DNA from: Okamejei kenojei
Lineage: Eukaryota
Length of the DNA stretch: 64,000 nucleotides
Direction: 5' to 3'
Assembly: GCA_035221665.1 (NCBI GenBank)
Contig: CM069149.1
Coordinates: 11,842,001-11,906,000 of the forward strand
The notes beneath the pieces are model-generated. The model saw nothing but the letters and a program-made list of their open reading frames with translations, searched no databases and was not told the DNA's origin. The translations under genes were made by a program, and so were the position numbers. Positions within the stretch are counted from its first letter, which is position 1; every line of letters begins with the position of its first letter. Positions 25,346-37,431 of the stretch are shown here, piece after piece.

Positions 25346-27064
25346 TTAGATTTATCTGTTTCTATCCAAATAGGGATAGTTCTTCCGTAAGATAAGCCAC
25401 CAGTGATATTAACTATTTCACTCTCTTTGCAGATACTTGCTGATCCAAAGGGCATTCCTCCTTTTGGTTTCAAGTCCCAGCAACAAAACTGACCTGCATT
25501 TCATAGCTTTAGCATGCCCCTTGGATTTCTCTCTCTCTCTCTAACGTACCTCATTATTAATCAACCAGTTGTCTCCAAGAACAGTGGAATCACCTCACCA
25601 CCTTTGCCCTAACCATATCCAAGATACCCCCTTGGTCCTCTCCTTTCTGGTCCGAGCCTCTCTCCAATTTAAAATTATCTTGCTTTCTCACTTTTTATTT
25701 CTGAGGATGGGTCTTCTACTTGAGACGTTCACTCTGTTTCTCTTTCTACAGATGCTGCCTGACTGGCTGAATGTGTCCAATCTTCTTTTAATATGGTTTT
25801 TGATTTTTCTTTTTGCATTATAAATAATCACAAAAAAAAACTCACATGAGGTCCAGAAGGAAGTAACAAGATTTAATTAAACTTACAAAATAACTTAATA
25901 AAATATAACATTATCTTCTGCAGCCTTTCCCCTCCGTGTAAATGACAGAGCTGGTACTAGAATAGTGGATTATTCCACAGCCAGAGAATAGTGGATTATT
26001 CCACGGCTTTATTCTGTCACATGACTTCACAAGGATCTCAAAGGCAGGGAGCATATTAAGGAAAGACATGGCAAAGAAGAACTATCTGGTTCAGCACTTC
26101 TATGTTTAAATGTACCCATGCAGGAATTCTGGACTTTGGTCCCATTTATACTTGGACAAGCTGGCAGTTCTCCTGTAAAATTTAAGCTTACGATTTTTTA
26201 AGCCGGCTTTACTTCAGAACATAGGTTGCGGAAATCTTTTTTCGATTATAATCAAGCCCATGGAATTATGGAGAAATACAAGGAATTACAGAATGTAATT
26301 CCCAAGGCACAGTGAAACATTTTGGGATCCCATGCGAGAAAACAATTTCTAATTTATTTATTCACTGTAAATCAATGGATGGAATTGGGGAATGCCATTC
26401 CAAAACGCTACTTAAAAATCTCAGTATCAATTGCCAAAAAGGAATTTTATTTCTTTAGTCATTATAAGACAGTGGCCTTGCTTGTAATTATTCCTGTCAA
26501 GTTATAGATGAAGGGAACTGGGAAGAGACCACTTGTTCTCAGCTGTTGTTACCAGACCTAATGATTTTAACTGTTGTTCCCATGTGCAATGTCTGGTTTC
26601 TTAAAAAGAACTGAATTGCAATTACTTTTGAAACAGCGGAATGAAGGCCTGTTTGCACTCTATTGAGCTGTATAGTTATCAGCTCCGATTCCAGCACAAA
26701 ATTGGCTGTTGTACTCGCTTATCCACTACTGAGAACTTAATGTTTTTCCTTGTGTCTAATCTTAGCAGAATACTATTTATATATCGGACATGTCTTTTAA
26801 AACTCATTTGATAGGCTTGGATAAATTTAGAATACACAATGTTGATGGCAATATAGACACACAAAGGTGGAGTCGCTCAGTGGGTCAGGCAGCATCTCTG
26901 AAGAAAAGGAATATGTGACCTTTCGGGTTGAGACTCTTCTTCAGACCCGAAACGCCACCTTTTCCTTTTTTCCAGAGATGCTCCGTGACCCACTGAGTTA
27001 TTCTACCGTTTTGTGTCTATCTTCAGCGTAAACCAGCATTGGCAGTTCCTTTCTACACTTTGGA

Positions 27065-28090
27065 GGCAATATCCTGGTGTGTATTGAAGATTGGTTAATG
27101 GACAGAAAGCAGAAAGGGGGAATAACTGAGTTTTTTGGACTGGGAGAGTGTGACTAAGCGAGTGCTGGGGGGGGGGGGGGATTGGTTCTGAGGGCCCAGC
27201 TGGTCACAATCTATTTAAAAGATTAGAACAATGAGACTAAGATTAATATATCAAATTTGCTGATGATGCAAAGCTAGATAACGTGGTGGTTGTGGGGATG
27301 ATGTAGAAGGCTTCAGGCAGATATGGACAGGTTAAGTGAATAATGGTAGATGGCATATGACATGGAGAAAAAATCATGGTCATTCACTTCGATAGAAAAA
27401 AATATATAAAAGCAGAGCATTCTTTAAGTAATGAGAGATTGAAAGCTGTTTGTGTTTAGGGGAACCTGCATGACCTTGCATATAAAACATTGTAAATTAA
27501 CCTGCAAGTATTACAAACAAATAGAAATACAAATAGATGGTGGACCTTTTTTACCAAGAGGAATAGTAGAGTAGAGTGTTCCTTCAATTGTAAAGAGCAT
27601 CAATGAGACTGCATTTAGATATCAGGATTGATCTCCCTTTTTGAAGGATATTTCTGCCATGGAAAGAATGCCAGAAATATTCTGGGTTCGTGGGTTTGTC
27701 ATCTAGAAAAAGATTTAACAGGTTGGGACAATACTTATTGTGGTTCAAAAGAAGGTGATCTCATTAAAATCTATAACTTTTTAATGGGGCTTGGTGGGGT
27801 AAGTGTGGTGTGGATGTTGCCCCTGGCTGGGGTGTCGAAAACTAGAGGTCTCTCAAAGTAAGTGGACAGCTACCTTAGACCAAGATGAGAAGCAACTTCT
27901 CTCTGGGATATAGTGAATCCAAGGAATTTTCTTCCCCAGAGGGCTGTGCAGGCTTACTTACTGGCACTTCATGAAAGCTGTGGATAGCATTTTTTACGTT
28001 GGGGAAAAATGTTGAGTTTGTCCTGAGGTAAAAGTTCAAACATGATCTGATCAAATGATAGAGGAGGCACAAGAGACCTAATTACTAAAT
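27065..28090 (+). mobile_element. old, degraded CR1 LINE RT region
   Basis: aaatttgctgatgat (KFADD), GDLIKIY and a degenerate 3' end. Confidence 0.75.
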
Positions 28091-28459
28091 CCTACTTTCA
28101 TTTTTGGCCTATTTTCTAATGTATTGAATAATTCAGCTTCTGAGGTATTGTGAAAGTATATTAAAGCATGGTAGTTTTTTTGACCATGGTCCAGCTTACA
28201 TTCTGAGACCCTCTATTGTGCAAAGGGCAATATTTTTATTTTATTTTCTGTTCACGGTGAGGGATGGAAATGCTGTATAAAGACAAAAAAAATTACATGA
28301 TCAATTATGAGCCAGGTGCATAAGCAATTCCTTTTCATCTTCATGCAAAAGGTATTTGCAAAGAACTCTACTGTATAACCTCTCTATTATTTCTTATTAT
28401 TGATCATTGTTGACCCTTTTTCTCAGGATATAAAATTACATTGAATCCAGTGAGATTCA

Positions 28460-29300
28460 TAGTCACACAGCGTGCTGACCAAGACATCCATCTAAGGTAG
28501 ACCCATTTGCTCACATTGACCCATATGCTTCTAAACCTTTCCAATCCATGTACTTTCCAATCCGTGTCCAACTATCTTTTTAATATTGTACCTGCCACAA
28601 CCTCTTTGGAGATGAAATGTGAAACCGTAATCCCGCAGTTTCCTATCTTTTCTCTCTCAATTTTAAATGAATGTTCTTGATTCCCCAATCCTGGGAAAAA
28701 AGACAGCATGCATTCACCCCATCTAGTCCAACATCCTCTTGTATTCCTTCTACTCTCTTTCCAACGTAATGGCATAGTTCCTATTGGAGACTGACTAGAA
28801 CTAAACACATTACTCCAAATTCAGCCTTCCAATGCCTTGTAACATAACATCCCAATTTCTATACCTAATGCCCCAATTAATGAAGGCCAATGTGCCAAAA
28901 GCCTTCAGCAGCACCCTACTTACCTGTGACGCCACTCTCAGGGAACAATCTACTTGTACTTCAAGGTTGCTCTGCTTTACAGCACTTGCCAGGGCCCCAT
29001 CATCTACTGTAAAGGTCCTGCCCTAGTTTGACTTCCACAAACGCAACACCTTTCACTGATATGATTTAAACACTATTTGCTTTTCATCTGCCCCCTTACC
29101 TAGCTGATCAAGACCCTGCTGTCATTTTTGATAATCTTCTTCACTTTCTAGAATATTACATATTTTCGTGTCATTTGCATATTTACTAACTGGGCATTGT
29201 ATATTCTTATCCAACTTGGTGATATAGTGACAAATAACAATGGGCCTAGCACCGACCTTTGAGGCTCACCACTAATCATGGGACTCTGCAAAAACCTTGT
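28460..29300 (-). mobile_element. degraded CR1 LINE
   Basis: Reverse-strand similarity to the CR1 RT and tail copies at 36000 and 61485. Confidence 0.7.
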
Positions 29301-29841
29301 CCAATAAACTTTTGCTCCTGTCTTATACCATCAAAATTTGCTCCAATTTTGAACTTTAACGTGGACCAGTTCAGTCCTTTTCCATGACTATTTAAAAATA
29401 ACTAATTCAATGTTTCTTTGTTATCACATGTACCAAATGATATTAGAAATTCAGCGGGTGAGGCAGCACGAAGGAAATGGGCAACGTTTCGCACCCGCTC
29501 ATTTTCTCCAGCACTTTTGTCTACCTTCGATTTTCCAGCATCTGCAGTTCCTTCGTAAACATACCAAATGATATATATATTTTTTTGCATACAATTCAGT
29601 AAATTATTACCATACATAAGAACAATCCCAGATTAAGTACAAAGATAGCCCAGTGAGACCATATGCAAGAGCTGCCAAGTTTTGCGTCACTTTCAAAGTC
29701 CAAGCTGCAGATGGCCGTAGATGAACATTGCAGCTGTCACCTCCATCCAGATCATCCAGCCAACCATTGACCCTCTCCTCACCCTTGTGCTCTGGGGGCG
29801 CCTCCCACAGCTGGTGTTGAAGGCGCGGAAGGTAAGACCCC

Positions 29842-30211
29842 GTGTAGGAAGGAATTGCAGTTGCTGGATTAAACTGAAGATAGACACAAAATGCTGGAGT
29901 AACTCAGCAGGACAGGCAGCATCTCCAGAGAGAAGGAATGGGTGACGTTTTGGGTTGAGACCCCTCTTCAGACCCTTTCCAACTGGTAGCTCCTCTCCTG
30001 CATCTGGCCCACGCTCTTGTCAACTTGCAGAATTGCTCGCACAATGTGAACTCGTATTTATATTGGCATCTTGGCATCCCAAGCTACCAGTTGGAAAGAG
30101 TTTGCAGAGGGGTCTCCACCCGAAACGTCACCCATTCCTTCTCTCCAGAGATGTTGCCTGTCCTGCTGAGTTACTCCAGCATTTACTCCGCTGAGTTACT
30201 CCAGCATCTTG
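29842..30211 (+). mobile_element. Penelope-derived insertion with inverted 5' arm and captured promoter sequence
   Basis: TSD GGTAAGACCCC at 29831-29841 and 30212-30222; inverted arms; the interior matches the reverse complement of ~16378-16465. Confidence 0.85.
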
Positions 30212-30559
30212 GGTAAGACCCCCCCCCCTTCTTACCAGCCCTTTGTTCTTGCATCTGTTCTTACCTTCTCTGCACTGTTTTCCAAGAGTAGGTCAAGCTT
30301 TGCCCTCTCCTTGGTAGCCCCCCTGTATATTGCCTGAGGAACATGTCCTACACACTTAATAAACTCCACTACATCAAAACTCTGAGCACTATTGGGAAAG
30401 TTAAAATCCTCTCCTATTCTTGAAACTCTCTGCAATCTTCTTGCATATTTGTTCCTCCAATTCCTGGTGATTAATGGGGGGGGGACTATTGGACTATTGA
30501 TAATGAAATCTCACAAGGTGATCATCCCTTTTTATTTCTCAACAGTATAATATAGATAC

Positions 30560-31365
30560 ATGTGAGGTTATCCACTTTGGCGGCAAAAACAAGGGGGCAG
30601 ATTATTATCTCAAAGGGATTGGGTTAGGTAAGGGGAGGTGCAGCGAGACCAGGGTGTCCTTGTACAACAATCACTGAAAGTTGGCGTGCAGGTACAGCAA
30701 GCAATGAAGAAAGCTAATGGAATGTTGGCCTTCATAACAAGAGGATTTCAGTATAGGAGTAAAGAGGTTCTTCTGCAGTTGTATAGGGCTCTGGTGAGAC
30801 CACGTCTGGAGTATTGTGTACAGTTTTGGTCTCCTAAGTTGAGGAAGGACATCCTTGTGATTGAGGCAGTGCAGCGTAGGTTCACGAGATTGATCCCTGG
30901 GATGGCGGGACTGTCATATGAGGAAAGATTGAAAAGACTAGGCTTGTATTCACCGGAGTTTAGAAGGATGAGGGGGGATCCTATAGAAACATATAAAATT
31001 ATAAAAGGACTGGACAAGCTAGATGCAGGAAAAATGTTCCCAATTTTAGGTGAGTCCAGAGCCAGGGGCCAAAGTCTTAGAATAAAGGGGAGGCCATTTA
31101 AGACTGAGGTGAGAAAAAACTTTTTCACCTAGAGAGTTGTGAATTTATGGAATTCCCTGCCACAGAGGGCAGTGGAGGTCAAGTCACTGGATGGATTTAA
31201 GAGAGAGTTAGATAGAAGGGGCTAGTGGAATCAAGGAATATGGGGAGAAGGCAGGCACGGGTTATTGATTGGGGACGATCAGCCATGATCACAATGAATG
31301 GCGGTGCTGGCTCGAAGGGCTGAATGGCCTCCTCCTGCACCTATTTTCTATGTTTCTATGTTTCC
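30560..31365 (+). mobile_element. young CR1/HER1 LINE 3' portion
   Basis: 164-aa ORF ([19 protein letters not shown]...) and (tttctatg)n tail. Confidence 0.95.
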
Positions 31366-34300
31366 ACCCATAAAGCCTCATTGGATGATCACCCAGTAAT
31401 TTGTTCTCAGACTACTGCTGTGGTGTTCTCATTAATCAAAAATGCACCCACACCCCCTCCTCTCTGTCTCCCACCTCTCCCTCACATAGCACCTGTACCC
31501 GAGAACATTCAGTTGCCAGCCCTTAACCATGTTTCTGTAATGGATAAAATATCCCACTCCCATTTACCTATCCTAAGTCACATCCACCTTGACTGACAGA
31601 CCTATTCTACTGAAATAACTGCAGTTTAATCTAACAGTCCTTCCTCGCTTCCTGCCATGCTCCTGCCTATCTTGCCTACTGAACTTGCTGCCGTTGACTT
31701 CTGTACCAGTTTCTCGCCTCCCTCATTACTGTTTTGGATCTTACCCTACTGTCTAACTACTTTAATCCTCCCCCCCCCCCCTAATAACACTAATGAAAAT
31801 GCCTGGCAGGCCATTGGTCTCTCTGCAGCTCACCTGCAACTCTTCCCACTCCTGAAGATAGACACAAAATGCCTGAGTAACTCAGTAGGGCCGGCAGCAT
31901 CTCTGGAGAGAAGGAATGGGTGACGTTGTGGGTCGAGACCCTTCTTCAGACATCTCGACCCAAAAAGTCACCCATTCCTTTGCTCCAGAAATGCTGCCTG
32001 TCCCGCTGAGTTACTCCAGCATTTTGTGTCTATCTTTGGTTTAAACCAGCATGTGCAGTTCCTTCCTACACCTTCCCTCTCCAGCCCCAGGAGAGATACC
32101 ATTTGCCCAAAAATCAGAATCCCTGCTGCCTGCGGCAACTCTTCGGCAGCTCATTCATCTGTGCTCACCTTCTAGCATGTGGCACTGACCACAATGCGGA
32201 GGTTAGCACATGGCATTGGGAGTAACACAGTGGTTACTCCTGGGACCGGTTTGAAGAAGAATGGTGAATTCTCCTTGGTGAACTAGCCAGTTTCCATGCT
32301 TAAATTTATACCTAAAAACAGATTATCAACTCACTTTTGTGCTGCAGATGTATGCAAATTACCTCCTAAATTTAACTATGTTACCTTTAAAACCTTTGCA
32401 AAATTATTTTATAAATTGTAAAATGCTGTGGAATTCCTTCAGGTTATTACAGGATTGTATATATATCTTTTGAAGCAGCCCATCACAACTATTGATTTGT
32501 ACTCATGAAGTAAGAAATGTATATGTCGAAGTAACACCAACTCTTTTGTCAGCAATGGCACAGATGATGCACAAGAGCTCAAATGGACTATCAGGCCAAT
32601 GCATTAATTTAACATTATTTTGCATTGTTTTCTATTCCATAGTGACTTGGCTAACGAAAACAAGCAACAGATTTTTTTGTGAAGAAATATAAACATGCTA
32701 TGATATTATGCCATCTTTGTACCAGATGTGGGAAATTCATAATGTTTAAGATCTTGAATGCAGGAACATATAGTCCTGGTTGAGCCAGTACAGCCGTAGC
32801 TCCCGAAACCTGTGTTCAATCCTGACCTCTTGCGCTGTCTTTGTGGAGTTTGGATATCTTCTCTCAAATGAGTTTCCTCCAGGAGCTCCAGTTTTGTCCC
32901 ACATCCGTAGGTAGATAATTGGCCACTGTGTAAATTGTCCCCAGTGTGCAGGTGAGTGGTAGAACATGGTGAGAGTTAATGTTTCAGTTTAGTTTATTGT
33001 CACTGAGGGTGCTGAGGTACAGTGAAAAGCGTCTGTGTGCTATCCAGTCAGCAGAAAGACAATACAGTACATGATTACAATGGATCCATTTACTGTGTAT
33101 AGATACAATGTTGAGAGAATAACGTTTAGTACAATGTTAAGCCAGCAAAGTCTGATCAAGTCCGATGGTCACCAAATAGGTAGATGGCTGTTCAGGACTG
33201 CTCTCTGGTTGTGGTAGGATGATTCAATAGCCTGATAACCACTGGAAAGAAACTGTCCCTGAATCTGGAGGTGTGCTTTCATGGATGGAAATGAGGGAAG
33301 CATGAAATAATGGGATTGGTGTAAATGATTCTTGATGGCTGGCATGGACTTGCTGGGCCAAACGTCTGTTTCTGATTCCATGACATGAAAACCTAAACAA
33401 TTTTTCTCTTTGCTCTGGGCAACTAATATGCAAACAAACCATTACGAGAAACTATAAATATCAGCTGATAAATTTTGATTTTTAATATATTAATGCATTC
33501 TAGACATGCATGAAAACTCTAAAATCTATGACTTCACTTTCCCTATAAATTGCACCCGATTCTTTTCCATGTTCTTTGACCACTTTATAAGACACATCCT
33601 TTGGAATGAGTAGGACAGTTGGCCTGTTTATGGTCAATTCTTTCTGTTAGCAAACCATTAAGAAAGATGAAACAAATCGGGCTCATTTTCCAGTAATTCT
33701 CTCGCTTCTTTGAAGAACCCCATATCTTTAACTGGTAACAATTTAGACATTTGCAGGAACTATTATGTCATGAAAATAAAAATTCATATGTTTCCATGCT
33801 GCTCGGCAACATTGGCAGGACGTGCTTACTTGATTATTTCCTTAAACAAGATTGTCGAATTGGATCAGTAATTTTGTGCAACACATCAAGGTAACTTCTT
33901 GCAAACACCAGAGGTAATGCAAATTATGGCAGAGCCAAAACAAAACGACATGTATAATTAAAAAACAATATCTAATGTGCACATTACACAAAAATGTAAC
34001 GAAGCATGCAAAATTACAGATACAATGTATTTTGGGATTGCAGATCTGTTGCCTGTATTTATGTACCTGCACTATAATTCTGTTAGGAGTGACTTGTGGG
34101 CCCTTAATTTCATCACTGATCTTGCCACTGTATAGTCATTTGGAGAGCTTTATGATAGGCATGAATCATATTTTGCATCTCATTTTTCTACCTTTAACAG
34201 CCGGCCTCATCTGTAAAAATAGATTAAGGGAGATTGACAGACAGTATTCTGAGATTACTGTCCAGAGGGGATTTTCCTCCCTCTAAAATTAAGATTAATT

Positions 34301-35604
34301 GATGAGATTTTATTTAGTTAATTGTGGATTGCATCTGGGAAATGTGGTTTCTGCATTCAATGGCAATTAGTCTGTGGTGTCATCCATCCTGAAGATCCTC
34401 TATCTAGAATTGCAGTCCTGTGAATATGATTAGAGATTTTTATAGGGTCTCCTGAGTATTAATCTGCGTCTTAGTCTACTTTTACTTGGCACATCTAACA
34501 TCGTTTATTAGATTGGCTACATGAATAAATATTGGAATATTTACAACATGCAAAACTGGGCCAGGATTGAACTAGCTTTTTACAGCTAGCATTTTGCAAC
34601 AGATGATAGTTGCTTTCTTGCATGTGCATAATGGACAATTATATGTTTTTCCAATCGGATGTGCTCACCTTAGCATTGAGACTGCATTCCCATATGGTGT
34701 CTAGACATTAACTATATCAAGCCCTCTGTGATATTATTTCCGGTAGTTTTAGACACAACATTGGAGATGTTCTGCATTGGTTTTGGAATCACCCTCAAGG
34801 AAACATTCAGAACATTTTGAGGTTATTCATGCCTAGCCTTTGATTGAAACTTATTATTGTGGGTATCACTATCAGAATGTTTGGTTGTTTAAGCTGGGAA
34901 TTTTGATAGGCATAAATCATATTTTTGGAGACAGGAGACAATGTGTAATCTTATGATTTCAAAGATGGTTTTACTTGTGAATGCATTTCTGTGCAAGCAG
35001 GTGTTACTAATTTTGGGTAATGCTTCATGAATATCTTCATATTTCTTTAAATACAACTGCCAAAACAGTTTTGTTTGATTGGTTTTGCAGTCACAACCTG
35101 CTGATTTCGCAATATTATAAAATCTAGCATAGTGCTATTAATTGTTTTTTTTTTAAACAGTACTATTTTCTCACCAGCCTCCTATGGATCAGAGATTGCC
35201 ACTTGATAGAACAGCAGGAGATTCATTATTTGAAGCCTTAACTTCAGAATAATATGTAATATTGCAAGAAAATCCTTGCCCCTGAATGCATTGCTTAAAA
35301 GTCATAGATCTGTGGTCTATGTGATAAAGCTCTCCGGGAGCTTTTTTTCGTGCATTTCTTGCTTAGTCCCCAATTTTGATTCAATTCAAAGTTGTTCTTC
35401 GCCTCACAAGCTACACAACTAGAAGTTAATAAATCAATATTGAATAACTAAATAAATCATCTTTAGCACTCGACATTTCACTTTAATAGCTCTCATATTC
35501 TTTGACTTTGATTTTTATAAGTTATGAGGTAATAAATTGCTGTTGATGATCTTAGCAATTAAAATATTTGTATATCATTATAATGTCAGTTATTTTAAGT
35601 GAAC

Positions 35605-35900
35605 ACAAATCAACATCTTCTCGCAGGCCAATATCCCCAGTATTGAGACACTTGTTATTCATGGTTGGATACATCTAGCACGCCAATAGGTGGCATGCCC
35701 TGCCTCAGACTCCTGTTGCAGACCTCTATTCTGGGTTCTGCCGCAGCAGGAGATTAGCCGGCAGACAGAGAAAGATTCAAGGAAGTTCTCAATGCATCCT
35801 GAAGAAATGTAACTTTGTCACTGACTCCTGGGATCCTTTTACCCACGTGTGCTCAAAATGGGGAAGAATATATTGGGAGCTTCCAGGCCAAACACCAGAA
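35605..35900 (+). mobile_element. degraded RTE-clade LINE fragment
   Basis: Reads approximately SQANIPSIETL...GRQRK.FKEVLNASLKKCN..DSW with frameshifts, resembling the RTE ORF C-terminus. Confidence 0.6.
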
Positions 35901-35999
35901 ATACTCCAAAGTCTCGTATAGGTAGTCGACCTCGTCAGAACTTGCCCACTCATCGTACTCATCAGTGTCAGCTGCAGAAGAATCTGAAATTTGTGCCAT

Positions 36000-36830
36000 A
36001 GAGTCATACAGTGTGGAAACAGGCCCTTCAGCCAAACATGCCCACACCGACCAACATGTCCCATCTACACTTGTCCCACCTGCTGGCGTTTGGTGCATAT
36101 CCCTCTGAACCTGTCCTATCCATGTACCTGTCTAAAGGTTTCTTAAACATTGCAATACTCCCTGCCTCAACTACCTCCTCTGGCAGCTCATTCCATTTAC
36201 CCACCACCATCTATGCAAAAAAGGTTGCCTCTCAGATTCATGTTAAATATTTCCTCTCTCACTATAAACCTATGTCCTCTGTTTCTTGATTCTTCTACTC
36301 GGGCAAAGATTTTGTACATCTACCTTAACTATTCCCCTCATGATCTTATACCCTATATGATCACCTCTTATCCCCCTATGCGCCAAGGAATTCAGCCATA
36401 GCCTGCCCAACCTCTCCCTCGAGCTCGGGACCTTTATTCCTGGCAACATCCTCATGAATCTTTTCTGCAATATTTCCAATATAGCAACATCTTTCCTACA
36501 TTAGCATGACCAACACTGAACACAATACACCTAACTGTGGCCTCACCAGTGACTTGTACAGCTGTAACATAACATCCTAACTTCTACACTCAAAATCCTG
36601 ACTGATGAAGGCCGGAAGTCTCCTTAGACCACCCGATCTATCTGGGATGCTACTTTCAATGAACTATGTACCTGTAATACTAGATCACTCAGCTCTACAG
36701 CACTCCCCTGAGCTTGACCATTTACTGGGAAGGTCCTACCCTTTCCAGCACCTCACATTTATCTGCATTAATCTCCATTCACCTTTGCTCTGCCTACTTG
36801 CCCAACTGATTCTACTGCAATCTTGTTTGA
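36000..36830 (-). mobile_element. CR1 LINE 3' portion
   Basis: ORFs contain WNELPEEVVEAG and QKRFMRMLPG. Confidence 0.9.
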
Positions 36831-37403
36831 TTGCTTAAACATTCCCAACCTCTGGAATGATTCAGAGATTTGGAATGTCAGCCCCAGAATGACCTTCCAC
36901 CTCTATAGGCATCATGGTCCACACATAGATTGGTGGCTGGAGTTCCATCTGCAATAGGAGACGGTTCTGATGATAATTGTTTTGAGAATAGCTTTGGCTC
37001 ACTCTTTCTCCAGCAGATAGAGAATGGGGCATTGCTCAGGGAATAATCTTGCAGAATAGGTTCTCGTGGCTAAAGCCTTTCTTTCCCTCTGTGCTAGATC
37101 ACCTCGGGCTCAAGCTTTGCTGATGGAGGCCTCTACTCCAGCTTCTGGCTCAAATGAGAGTGTTGACCGATCACCTCTAAACCGTTTTTTTAACAAATTC
37201 AGTAGAAGTCTTCACTTTTGCCCAAAGTACCAATTGCCTACTTTCAGCATACCTGTTTAGTCCACAGGTTAAAACAAAACTTAACATACACTATTTATTT
37301 ATTGAGAAGGTCAACAAGAGCTTTTCAATCCATTGTGAAGTTTGGAGTTTAGTCATCAGAGTATTAACGTCTATATCTCTCGTTTCCCTGATCCCTGACC
37401 AGT

Positions 37404-37431
37404 CTGAAGAAGGGTCTCGACCCGAAACGTC
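37404..37431 (+). ncRNA. minimal hammerhead-like motif in a Penelope tail (best-preserved + strand copy)
   Basis: CUGAAGA-A-GGGU-CUCG-ACCC-GAAA-CGUC: hammerhead core CUGANGA/GAAA, stem II and a vestigial stem III. Stem I is weak. Confidence 0.6.

Noticed and set aside
35325-35348. Hairpin AAAGCTC-TCCGG-GAGCTTT plus T run resembling an intrinsic terminator
   Set aside because: Bacterial-style terminators have no meaning in a vertebrate intron, and a short stem like this is expected by chance.
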